In this document: in pieces, positions 27,701 to 39,820 of the stretch
How positions within the stretch are numbered: the stretch's first letter is position 1
How the letters are laid out: each line of letters starts with the position of its first letter
DNA from: the human T2T-CHM13v2.0 reference genome, Homo sapiens
DNA: 64,000 bases
Strand: one strand, 5' to 3'
Assembly (NCBI RefSeq): GCF_009914755.1
Contig: NC_060942.1
The notes under the pieces: generated by a model
Told to the model about the DNA's origin: nothing
Database searches by the model: none
The model's input: only the letters and a program-made list of their open reading frames with translations
Program-made: the position numbers and the translations under genes

Positions 27701-28415
27701 ATCTGTCCCTAAGTGTTGCAAAGGTTTCCAATCCAGAGCTGTCATTAAAGATGAATAGTATGAATTTTTGTACAATTTCTGTAGCAATCCCTAGACTTTC
27801 TTTTTTATGCCATGAAAGCGAGAAACATAAACAGCATTGAATTGCTACTGGTACTAATATAGATTTTATTGTTACTTGGGATCTTCAGCATGTTCAAGGA
27901 AACCATTTAATTCATATTATTAAGAAGGAAGTGATTAAGGAAGACCCTAATAGAATCAGGTAGAACCAATTCAATATCCTTAAGTTGCTGGAAAATTCAA
28001 TCTGTTTTCTTTAAGCAGAACCATATATACTGTATATTAACTATTCCAAGCAATCTTTACTCAGCTCAGAAAGGCCAGATGTATGGGAATTGTAAAATAT
28101 CAGGATATGCATAAAAACTGTTCAAGTGCATAAAGCAGCCCCATCTGGAAGACATCTACCAGAAATGAAGTTGTACAAAACCATTCCATTGATAATAAAG
28201 CTAATTTTTATGGGTCTGACAAGTATGTAATTATGTTCAGTGGTGCTTTTCAGATTTTATCACAGTCAATAAACCGCAGTGGTAATTTCATTCCCATTTG
28301 ACATATTTACATGGAAACATTTGATTGGAGGAATTAGTAACCCTGAAAGCCTTGATAGATATGTTTTAATGATCTGTGACCTCCGCAGTCCCTCATCTGT
28401 TTGTTGTTGCAACAG

Positions 28416-28499
28416 GCGAGAAGTCGTTTCTGTGTGACCTCTGCGGCTTTGCCGGCGGGACCCGCCACGCCCTCACCAAGCATCGCAGACAGCACACAG
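28416..28499 (+). CDS. ZNF407: Internal coding exon (84 bp), one C2H2 finger: (G)EKSFLCDLCGFAGGTRHALTKHRRQHT(G)
   Basis: Acceptor tttgttgttgcaacAG (28414-15); donor CAG|gtcagt at 28500; G+GC restores the Gly of the TGEK linker; locally CpG-rich. Confidence 0.93.
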
Positions 28500-29174
28500 G
28501 TCAGTTCCGATGCTGCACTGGCCCCTTCTCTGCAGAGAGGATGGCAAGACACCCCAGCCTCAATTCTTGATGTCATCATTTACTTTCCTTTTTAATTTTT
28601 ATAACATCTGTGCACTTGAAAGTCTACAGATAATTCCAGTTGAATAACATAAAATTTTAAATCATCTCTTTTTATATATTTGAAATGTAGACATATTCCA
28701 TATTTCAAGAAGCAGGTACCCTCAGTAAATTCATGTTAAGTAGAAGTAAAACAGCAGGTTGGCTTCCAAAGCCCAGATACAGGAGACTATCTTCTCTGTC
28801 CGCAAATCTCTGCCTTAGGCCTCGTGGGTGGAAAATGGGGAGTCTTTGTCAACCAGTCTCCCTCTCAGTCATTCTCTCTACCCACCTCGTAGCTAATCAC
28901 CCGCCTCCCCATTTAGCTAGCGACATGTCTACCCCTCCCTTCCTCTCTCTCTCTCTGCCTACCTCCCTGTCTCCCTCCCCACCCGCCTGTCTATCAATCC
29001 ATCTGTGATTAGATAGGATTTGAAGTCATTGCTGTTTCAGTTGTTCTTGGTATTAAAAATAGAAAACATCAAACAGCAACATGAGAGTTAATTATGGTCA
29101 TTGAAGAGGACTTTTCTCCATGATGTGCATTCTTGGTGATTCATTGAAATAAAATAGATTCCTTCATTAAGAAC

Positions 29175-29520
29175 TGTATTAGTCCTTTTTCACACTGCTG
29201 ATAAACACATACCCGAGACTGGGCAATTTACAAAAGAAAGCAGTTTATTGGACTTAACAGTTCCACGTGGCTCAGGAAGACCTCACAATCATGGCGGAAG
29301 GTGAAAGGCACATCTTACATGGCGACAGACAAGAGAAGAGAGCTTGCATGGGGAAACTCCCCTTTTTAAAACCATCAGATCTCGTGAGACTTATTCACTA
29401 TCAGGAGAACAGCACAAGAAAGACCTGCTCCCATGATTCAGTTACCTCCCACCAGGTCTCTCCCACAACATGTGGGAATTTAAGATGAGATTTGGGTGGC
29501 AACACAGCAAAACCATATCA
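29175..29520 (-). mobile_element. THE1B-like MaLR solo LTR
   Basis: Bounded by tgtattagtcc... and ...aaaccatatca (TG...CA termini); internal sequence matches the recalled THE1B consensus; 5-bp TSD agaac/ggaac with one mismatch. Confidence 0.9.
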
Positions 29521-32499
29521 GGAACACTTACAGATGAAAAGTGTTAAACATTTATCAAATTGTATTGCCTACTTTATATAATCTAATGGGTCTTATGAGT
29601 AATTATTTTCATAATACTAATTTATGTGTGCCTGGGACAGTGCTAATTTATGGTGGTTTCTTGTAATTATTAATAGAACCACTTTTTTACTCTAAATGTG
29701 TCCTAGTTCAGATGATAAGTCACTTGATGACAAAATTGGTAATAAATGTCCTACTTCTCTTAGGTCTCATGAGAATGGTTGAGTTTGTCAGTCATACTCA
29801 AAATGGCATGAAATTAAAATACATAAAATGTGTGATTTATGTTACATTATGATTCTTGATATGTTGTATTTAACAGTTAGGTACAGGTAGCTTCTGTGCC
29901 CAATATGGCATTTGCAAGATCAATGCAAGCTAATGCCAGCCATTCCTTTTAGATGTATGAATATGATTCAGATTTTCATAAGAGATATGAGTTATCATTG
30001 AGTTAATGGGAAATTTCAATGTTTAGCACAATGTTGGAAACATAAACTAAACTTTGAAAACAAGGTCCATTTTAAGTGTATAGAAGCCACCTGTGCATGC
30101 CTGATTTTAACCACTGGCTTCAGGATTCAGCATAAGAGATGACAGGAGGGGCCCAGTTAGTGGCAATTGTTCTTGACCACTGTTGTGATAAAGTTGGAAA
30201 TTGGAAACATTTATGGTAACAGTATGCTCATGAGGGCTTTTTTGTTCTTAATGTTTTCACTTTTAATCAGTGCTCAAATTGTTACTGTTTAAATGCCATT
30301 GAAGTTCACCTTGTCCCACCTGGTATGGCCCCAGGGAACAACAGACTGCTGTGCCACCTCTGCCAGTGGGCAGGTCAGTGCCCATCGAAGTGGAGACAGG
30401 AATGCTGTGATCACGGGCATCCCAGTGATAGATCGATCAGGAAGCCTGCACTGAGCTGGCACAACTTTATATTTTATGTCAGGTCCAGAGGCTCCTTATT
30501 ACTTTGCTATTAACTTTATACCATATAGGACAGTGTCTCATAGACAGAGGTATCTGTCTTTTTGGCATTTATCTGCCTCTGTAGCACAAATCAAACATGA
30601 TTCTTTAACACCAAAGTCAGTTCTTAAGACTGTTTGCTTCAACAAAACAGCTAGGCACAACTCAGTCTAGGCACTTAACTTTTATGCTGGATTTAAAATA
30701 TTTAAGCAACACACAACCTTTTTCCCCCAAGGCCAGACTTGTATGGTGCATTTGAAATCTATATTTCTCTGACGTATTCCTCTTTGACATGGTTTACCTT
30801 TTTACCACAGAGTACCCACGCAAATTATAATCAGCTTGGAAAGGAATACGTATCAAAAGTGCTCCAAATGGTGTAAATAATTCCTCACCGCAATACAGAC
30901 TGTCCAGGGGGCTGACACAAAACATCTTCCATTCTAAGATTTACTTTTATCACCTGTCAGGGACCCTTGATTCAAGGGCACAGGAGAAGATCCTCACGTG
31001 TGGTTGAACAGTGTTGGCCAGCTTAATAACCACCAGCCCGCCCAAAAGAATGTGGGTGTGTGTTTCCATGAGACGCGGTCAGCCCGTCTGACGGACAGTT
31101 GACACACAAAGAGCACCGCACTATGACGACAGCCCTTCTGCTGTTCATCCTCTGGCTTTCCTTATCAATGGGGCCTGAGATGCAGTATGTTTCTTAATGG
31201 TGATTTGAGCCAAGATTACTGCTTGTAACGGAAAGTGTGAAAAGCAAAACAATTTAAACTAATAGGTACTGTTATGTAGGAGGGAAACAGGAGGAAAGGA
31301 AATTTCATCCTTGTTCTGCTTGTTTGAAAAGCACATGTACAGGTAGCCCTGTTGACTTACAGATAACATTGTTTGAGAGTAGCCAATATCTTACTTAGAT
31401 TTATGCATCCGTTTGCCTTTAAAATGACAAAGGATTTCAAAGCAGCACTTTTGCCAATATGCACCAAACCTGTTTGATCAGTCTGCCATCAGTTTTTCCT
31501 TAACAGGTATATATCTTTTCATATAATGTATGTCATCTTCAAACCATTAGCAAATATTTAGCAAACTTAAATTCTTATTTCAAATTTGTGATATTTTCTT
31601 TCAAACTTTACAGTCTAGAAGTCAGGTCTATATTTTTGTCTGCATATTGAGACTAACAAACACAAAACTCCTTCTATATTTCTGTAGTATATTTTCCTGA
31701 AGAAATTACCCATAAAAGAGAAGAAGAATTACCAAATTATGTATTAGAGTAATAGTATTGAACATGTAACTGATTGATGAGTTACAAATTGACTATTATA
31801 TACAGATTTGAATCATCTGTGGTTGTATAAATTGACATGGACTTAAGCTATCAAGAGCTCAGATGTCTGAGCCTTGCTTAGCATAGGATTTTATGTACCA
31901 TGATATTTTTGTGGCATTATATTTTTCCCTGTCATCCTGTATGTAATTCAAACTTGCTTAATATTACACAATGTAATCTATTGTGTGGTCAAAGAAAATA
32001 TGAAAGAACCATTTATAATTTATTACAATATAATACTAGGTTAATATGAACTATAGAGAATATATATGACATTATTCCTTAGAAGGACTGTTTTTAAATT
32101 TAAATTTTGTCACATAAAGATTTTCATGTAAGTTTAAATAAAATAAGCTACATTAAACAGAGTTTTTTAAGAGGTTATGTTAAACTACGAAACCAAGAAA
32201 ATGCAGCTCAGAGATCTTAGATGACCTTTAATTTATACCATTGACTTAGGCAGTGGAGTTCATGATGTCATCCTTTTACCCCACTTCAAATATCAGCAGA
32301 ATCTATGAAAAATGAATAGTTTGAAGACACCTACCAACACTATTGCGATAAAGAAAATAGCAGTGAGTTTTAATGCCAAAACATTTTGTAAACACTTAGA
32401 TTGAATGGAATAAGGAGACATCAGAATATATTTGTGAATTTGCATAATGAACAAAATCTTTAAATTGCTTGACCACTTAGACTTATTATATTGAAAGTA

Positions 32500-32650
32500 T
32501 AAGATTTATACTACCTACCTAAGTCTTATTATACAGCAACCATAATCATAATAGTATCTTGGGGGTATAATGATGGCACACAGACCAATGGAACAGAATA
32601 GCATCCAGAAATAGACCTGTGCATCTGTTTGTCAATTGTTTTTAAATAAG
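32500..32650 (+). mobile_element. L1M ORF2 fragment
   Basis: cacagaccaatggaacagaatag...ccagaaatagacc matches the L1 ORF2 'DQWNRIE.PEI' region. Confidence 0.65.
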
Positions 32651-32659
32651 ACACCATAT

Positions 32660-34280
32660 TTAAAGATAAAGTTAATAAACGATGTGCAAAACCATTATGG
32701 TGGAAATGTCAGAACACTGCTGAGAGAAATTGAAGAAGATCTGAACAGAGTGTTGTACCATGTTTATAGATCAGACAATTTAATATTGTTAGGATTTCCA
32801 TTTCGTTCACATCGATCAATCCAAATCCCATCAGGCTATTTTTCTTAAAGATACCGACAAGCTGATATTAAAATTTATATGGAAATTCAAAGGCTTGAAA
32901 TAAGTCACCAACATTGAGAAAGAATAGGAGGACTTACACTACTTGATGTCAAGACTTATTATAAAGTTACAATAATGAAATCCTTCTGGTGTTGGCATCA
33001 AGACAGACAAATGTTTATTAGTGGAAGAGAATGGAGATTGCAGAAATAGACGTGTACTACATGGGGAAGTGTTTTTTCTGCAAAGGAGTAAAGGCAATTT
33101 AGTCTTTTCAACATTCTATGTTGGAGCAGTTGGCTATCTATGTGCAATGAAAATGAACTTTGACCCATACTTTGTACCGTATACAAAAATTAACTCAAAA
33201 TGATCATAATCTAAATGTAAAACTTAAAACTATATAAATTCTAGAAGAAAACATAGGTGAAAATTATTTCTGACTTTGGATTATCAATGATTTCTTTGAT
33301 ATGACATCAGTAGCCTGATTTATAAAATAAAAAATAACCGGAAAAATTATGTTGATAAGTTGAAAACTTTATAAAGTAAAACTTCTCTTTAAAAGGTGCT
33401 GTGAACAGACTTAAGACAAATGACAGAGAAAGTATATTTAAGTGACCAATTTTATAAATAATTTTTATCCAGAATATGTAAAGAACTTTCCAAACATAAT
33501 TCTGAGAAAACAACCTTTTAAAAATGAGTCAAAAAGTTGAAGTAGATACTTCCCCAAAGAATATAAAGGTATGGCAGATAAGCACATGGAAAGATCCTCG
33601 GCACCCTCGGAGGAATGCAGGTGTAAAGCGTTGACTACAACAGGTGTTGGCGGGGATTTGAAGCAAGTCATACGTAGCTGGTAGGAATGTAAAATGCTCA
33701 AACAACTTTGTGAAACAGTGTGGCAGTTTCTTACAAAGCAAAATATATACCTACCATATTATACACATATGCCTATCATACTCCAGGATTTACCCAAGGG
33801 ATGAGGAAATATATGTTCATATAATGACTGCATATGAAGGCTCAGAGAAGGTTTGTTTGTGGTAGTAGCCAAAAATGGAAACAACTCAAATGTCCTTCAG
33901 TAGACAAATGGATAATCAAACTTGGTACACCCGTATAATGGAATACTACTCTGCAACGAAAATAAGTGAAGTATTTATACTCATAGTAGCATGGATGAGC
34001 CAGAAGATAATTATGCTGAGAGAAAGAGTCCAGACAATAGAGAATTCATACCATAAGTATCTAGGTGTATAAATTGCTAGGAAATGCTAACTAATATAAT
34101 AGTGACAGAAAGCATGGTGGCTTGACAAAGGGATGAACAGGGAACCTTGAAGTTAAAAGGAGTCTTTTTGGGGGTGATGGTTGTGTTCATTGTCTTGATG
34201 GTGGCAGAGTTTCATCAATAACAAAACTTATCAAATGGAAGTTTTTGTGTATCAATTATGCCTCACTGAAGCTGTTTAAA
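32660..34280 (+). mobile_element. Old L1M (L1MC/MD/ME-like): decayed ORF2 3' part and 3' UTR
   Basis: Residual peptides DVQNHYGGNVRTLLREIEEDLN and KMNFDPYFVPYTKINSK resemble L1 ORF2; L1M-type 3' end (gtatcaattatgcctcactgaagctgtttaaaa); many stops and frameshifts. Confidence 0.85.
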
Positions 34281-35084
34281 ATGCTTTATACATTTGGCCT
34301 CATACGGCCAGTCTAGACAGATTATAGGCCAAGTTAGTAAAATAATTTATAATATGTGTCATTTTATCTAGCCTAGTGCTTCCTTTGTGTTTCTGTTTCT
34401 CATGTGTACTGCACTTTGACATTGGTGTGCATTAAATTACTATTCATTTGTTTAAATGAACAAATCTTATAAATGTTTTCAAATATGCTATGTGTGGATG
34501 TTCATATGATTTCATGATACAGAATATTCTGTGTCAAATTTGAATAGCTTCACCTATTTTTTTTATTACGCAGTATGAATATCATATATTTTCCATCAAA
34601 GCAAAATCTGCCATCATCATAAAAGTAAATTTTTGTGTAAGTCATTTCAGTACAGTTGAGTTGTCTATAGCAATTTAAGTCATTTGACCAGAGGTTTAGA
34701 AACTGAGAACAAAGAGTTATTCAAGCAGACCTTGGGTGACCACTTGTTTGGGGTACTATAGATGGGATTTATCTTAAAGACAAAAGGCTAAAAGAGACAA
34801 AAATCCCTTTCAATTCAGATTTTTACTCTGCTTGGTATATAGTCTTTAAAAAAAAACATAAGAATAAGTCAAACAAATATTTCCTGGTAGGATCTGTTAA
34901 ATGATATCTTTATGTCATATTCAGTAACTATGCAAAACCATGAATTATTTTATGTTTGCTAGCTGTTCATCTTTTTCCTGGTTATGAGCTCTTGATGAGA
35001 AGCATTTGTGTGCTTCTTTCATCTTTGGCAGAGACGTGTTGACAATTATCAGTGTTTAGGCAGTTCTGTCATCATAATGATAAA

Positions 35085-35285
35085 AGCCACTGGCTATTGA
35101 GAACTCTGTGTTAAGTGTACTCTTTCCATATTTTTAGTTGTCTTTAATCCTCACAATCACCCTGCATGTTTGGTGGTATTATTCTCTTGATCTTGTTCAA
35201 AGGGTCTAACAGGTAGCAAGTGAAATATGGCAAAACTGGGATCAGAATTGAAGTCCATCTGGCTTCATCTAACTACTGTGCTGCA
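35085..35285 (-). mobile_element. MIR fragment
   Basis: tctttaatcctcacaatcaccctgc...ggtattattctc...aaaactgggatcagaattgaagtccatctggcttca resembles reverse-oriented MIR. Confidence 0.55.
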
Positions 35286-35667
35286 GTAAGAGAGAAAATA
35301 CCACCAAATGGGTTGTGTATGGATTCAGTTAAATGTTACTACAATTATGGGTAAGCAGTATAAATAGACGTAGAATGTAGGGCGAACTTCTAAACGTTCT
35401 AATTTTCAGGACAGATATGGTTTTGTTGATAGCCAAATTGATAAAGAGTAATTTTAAAGTAAGATATTTTACTCCTCATTTTCTAAGTAAGTCAGTATAC
35501 TCATACAGCTATCACAAAAACATGGAAAGTAAGAAATAACAAGTAGAGTTATTGAACATATGTAAAATTAATCCATCTTACATGTAAAATTTGCCAGGAA
35601 AAATGTTGAGAAAAATATTACTATACATTTTTTTTTGAGAACAGGGGAGTGAGGTATTCTCTAAATC

Positions 35668-36120
35668 ATTACTGTTTGATACAAGTATAATGTGATCTAT
35701 ACATGTATAATATTGTTTCCTGGTAGCCATATTTAAAAAAAGAAAAAGTAACAGGTGTAAACATTTTTACAATAGTTAATTTAACCAAATTCAAATTATT
35801 ATAATTTCTACATCAAATCAATGTAACATTATTAACAATATTTTTATCATAATCTTTGTACTACGATTTTGAAATTTGGTATTTTACAATTTAGAACATC
35901 TCAATTCAGAGGCTAAATTTTCATCTGAAATATATGATCTATATTTAGATTTGATAAAAGTTACACTTCAAAAAGTAGATTCACATTCCCAAGCTGTTCC
36001 AACTATATTTAAACATTTTTTCAATAGCTCAGTCGAGTATCAGTTTTTACATTTAAATTTACATTAATTAAAATTAAATATCCTTGTTTTCAGTGCCTAT
36101 CAGCCAATGCAGCTAGTGGA
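35668..36120. mobile_element. Charlie1-family (Charlie1b/MER33-like) hAT DNA transposon remnant
   Basis: tggtagccatatttaaaaaaagaaaaagtaacaggtg...catctcaattcaga...aaaaagtagattcacattcccaagctgttcc...gagtatcagttttt matches the recalled Charlie1 consensus. Confidence 0.7.
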
Positions 36121-36321
36121 ATTAAAAGCCGATAAGACTCCATGATTCTTTGAATGTGTGTGGGGTGGGTAGGAATGATTTAAAGGAGAGGGAGGTGTCA
36201 AATGAAAGAAATACTTTGTTCAAGATACCAGTATGCTATTTCACTATCTTCGTGTCCTCTGCAAGCCATGAACTTCTCATGGGTAGAATGGTTACACTTG
36301 ATAAGCACGTTCACACACACA

Positions 36322-36666
36322 CATAGGCAGGCATCACATAACTTGTTGGTCAACAACAGACCACATACACAATGGTGGTCCTATGAGGTTATAACACTGT
36401 GTTTTTACTGTACTTTTTCTGTGTTTAGATGTGTTTAGTTATACAGATACTTGTTACTGTGTTACAGTTGCCTACAGTATTTAGTACAGTAGCATGCTGT
36501 ACAGGTTTGTACCCCAGGAGGAATAGGCTACACCATCTAGGTAGGTGTGTAGTAGGTTGTTTCGTCTAGGTTTGTGTAAGTGCATGCAGGATATTCTCAC
36601 CACAATGCAGTCGCCTAGTCACGCATTTCTTAGAACCTGTCCCTGCCATTAAGCACTGCGTAGCTG
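36322..36666 (+). mobile_element. Tigger3a-like (TcMar-Tigger) non-autonomous element
   Basis: ggtcaacaacagaccacatacacaatggtggtcc...gcctacagtatttagtacagtagcatgctgtacaggtttgt...acgcatttcttagaac matches the recalled Tigger3a sequence over its full length. Confidence 0.85.
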
Positions 36667-36728
36667 TGTCTGTCTGTCTGTCTGTCTGTCTATTTACCTA
36701 TGTCTGTCTGTCTATGTATCTATCTGTT
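36667..36728. repeat. (TCTG)n/(TCTA)n microsatellite
   Basis: Tetranucleotide run directly abutting the Tigger end. Confidence 0.85.
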
Positions 36729-37303
36729 ATATCTACACAGGGTTGGTATATTTTAATGTGGTATTAAATATTCTAAATATTTCTTTGGGTCCTCTTTTTA
36801 CTCGGCTTAATACAGTATATTTTTTGTTGCTTCTGACACTTTTTAAGGTGGTGCCCATTTGTAGCTTGATTTTATTTTTCTTCATATCTAATGTTAAGAT
36901 TTTACTCAGTTTTAAATTATATATTCACAGTATATCTCTGTTATATGCCTATCCTTGGTTTTAACCTCTCTAAGATTTTTGTAATGGCTCTGATGTAACA
37001 TGGTTTATTAAACCATTCTAAATACAGTGCTGAACCATCCCTAGAATTTAGATTCCTGTTTATGTAAAATAAACCTTGACCATATAATCTATACTTTGCT
37101 TACATTCTAATATAGAAACAAAAATCAATGATATCTTCTAATTTTCTCACTCTGAGAATAAATATTCAAATGTCCTAAGTGTGTGGAGTCCATTGAATCA
37201 TATTCTTGACATTTCATGGAAATAAATGTTTTTTAAATTGTCAATACCAGGTTTATTCCTTCATTTCCAGTTGTTATTATTATTCATCTGTAACATTTCT
37301 TGA

Positions 37304-37435
<132 letters not shown>

Positions 37436-37584
37436 TAATGACTCATCACTGAGCAGTCAAATCAGGTGGGCCGCCATGATGGATTAAAAGCCCGTTAAAT
37501 CCCAATTAGAAGTGTAGTTTTTCTAATCACCATGAGTTCATATATTCGGTTGGGAGCTAATTACCTAATTTTAGTGACTTTTAA

Positions 37585-37860
37585 AAATAAACTTTTTTAA
37601 AGTGGTTTCAGGTTCACAATAAAATTGAGAGGATGGTAGAGAAATGAGTCGTGTATCCCCTACCCCACACGTGTAGAGCCTCTTTCGTTATCAACATTCC
37701 CCACCAGGTGGTCTATGTGTTACAGTTGATGAACCTACATTGACATGATTCTCACCCAGAGTCTATACTTTCATTTAGGATTCGCTGTGGACGGTGAACA
37801 TTCTGTGGGTTTTGACAAATTTATGACATGTATCTGCCATTATAATATCATGCATAATTT
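37585..37860 (-). mobile_element. L1MC1-like 3'-end fragment
   Basis: ggttcacaataaaattgag...ttatcaacattccccacca...gttacagttgatgaacctacattgaca...cattctgtgggttttgacaaat matches the recalled L1MC 3' UTR. Confidence 0.75.
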
Positions 37861-37989
37861 AGTTACTGTTTAAAAAACATAACATTCTTTTCCATTTTCT
37901 ATAATCTTAACATTTAGATTTTATACTTTTATCTTACAACTGCTTTTCCAGTGATTTTATTGCATTTCTCAAAGTAAGGAAACCATTTT

Positions 37990-38230
37990 AATTAATCAGT
38001 TGTTCAACCCATTTATGGTATCTTGTCCAGAGTATAGCACTCATTTATGGCAATGAAGATGATACAAGAAAGGTTTCCTGCCTTTAAGGATATAGCATAA
38101 AAAGTGACTCAGTGTTTATAAGTAATTATAATACAGATTTGAATGGGAAAAGAGAGAGGCCAGGGGAGTACATAAAGGATTATGTTGAGCCCAGGTGAAG
38201 TCCTCACAGAGGAGAGAACATCTCAGCCGT
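37990..38230 (-). mobile_element. L2 fragment
   Basis: ttcaacccatttatggtatc...tttcctgcctttaagga...tatagc pattern of reverse-oriented L2; approximate bounds. Confidence 0.4.
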
Positions 38231-39669
38231 GGCGTAAAAAATGGTCCAGTTATTTCCAGGACCCAATCCGTGTGTGTTCGGAAAGGATGAGGAGGGGATG
38301 ACACCGTGTAGAATGTTAGTGCTAAAAGCATCTTGGGAGGTCATGGATGTTCAGTGCACTCACTTGCATCCGCAGTGGCTGAGTGATGTCTGCCAGGTAG
38401 CAGAGTTACCTAGTGGCGGCAGCGAAGCCTTCGTGCAGAAGAGTGTGAGATAGACTCAGGCGAGGCTAAATCATCCTCTCAAGTACATGATGAGGTATGT
38501 GTAGAGAGGCGTAGTGGAAGATCAGGTGGAGCACAGAGCTTGCAGCCAGGTCACATTGTGCCTGAAGCCTGCAAGAGTGAGATTGGACCCCATGTGATGG
38601 TCTGTGGGACCCCACATAGTTTGCAGGCAGCTGAATGACATCTGTTTTAAGAAGCCTGATCTCAAGGGTGAGAGCCTTCCTTATCCTGGAGCTGAAGATC
38701 TCCACTGCGCTCGACCCACATGATGGCGTGAAATTGAGGGTGTGTCTTCAAATGCAGCCCACTTTTGTTGAATATTATGTATGTTAAGCCTGAAACCTTT
38801 AAAAAGTTAGGTTTTTGTATTCCTGTGGATCTAGCCTACGCGTTTAGCAAATATATTGCCATAATCTCCATTATCAGCTACATTATTGCATTAAGTTTTA
38901 TGTGAAAGGTCATCATATAGTACAGAGATATTACAGATATATTTCATTCATTAATTATTCATTCATTTAACATTTTATGAGTTCTGTCTTCGCTTAACAC
39001 TGGATTGGTGTTTCTTGGAAATTTGGTAAAATGGTGATCTAATTAGAGGTAGACATAGAAATTCTATGGTGCTCATAATATGGGTTCTTTAAAAAACAAA
39101 CATTATTAAATGTTCTTTTTCCTTATTGAAGAGATCATGCAGTAGTTGGAGTTCTTGTAAAACACAGAAAAGCCATTAGAAAATTACAAGAATTTCCTTT
39201 AATTTTCACCCTTACCTCTTAGGATTATACCCATTCAGTTTTTACTCTATGCATAAGGTTTTTATTACTGTTGTTGGCGGGGGATTTTTTTGTTTCAGTA
39301 TATATTTTATTTTTTATACTTAAAAAATTCTAAATACCTTTCCATGTCAATAATTATTCTCCTATATAACTACTTTGTAGTCTTCAAACTTTTATTTTTA
39401 AGTAGCAGGATTCTGATTTCAAACAAGATTATGTATAAAATTCCACAAATAAAACAGAGAAAAGTGTTATCTACCCACTTATAAGTAGATTTAATCATTA
39501 TAATCTATATTTACTTATTGTAACATTAAAAATAGCACAAGACTGTTTTGACAAGCCACAAGTTTTTAAATAGGAGGAGTTGTTGATAACAATTGCCAAT
39601 TAGCCGCAGCATCCAGTTTCTGTCTGCGTTTGGTATGAGCACAGCACAAGGGTGTCATGAGGAGTGCAA

Positions 39670-39820
39670 GCCATGTGGAGAACCTGGGCTCAGCACTCCT
39701 TAGCTGTGGGACCGCGGTCAAACTATCGAGTGAAATGCCACTTTCTGTTTTGTAAATTGTGGGTTCTTAGTGGACCAACCTCATAGGATTATGGTAAATA
39801 TTAGGTGAGAAGCACTTTGA
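39670..39820 (+). mobile_element. MIR fragment
   Basis: acctgggctcagcactccttagctgtgggacc...ctgttttgtaaattgtggg...aacctcataggattatggtaa is a MIR core. Confidence 0.6.

Noticed and set aside
37480-37505. Small hairpin tgggatt...aatccca just downstream of the third exon's donor
   Set aside because: A 7-9-bp stem is within chance expectation and does not sequester the splice site.
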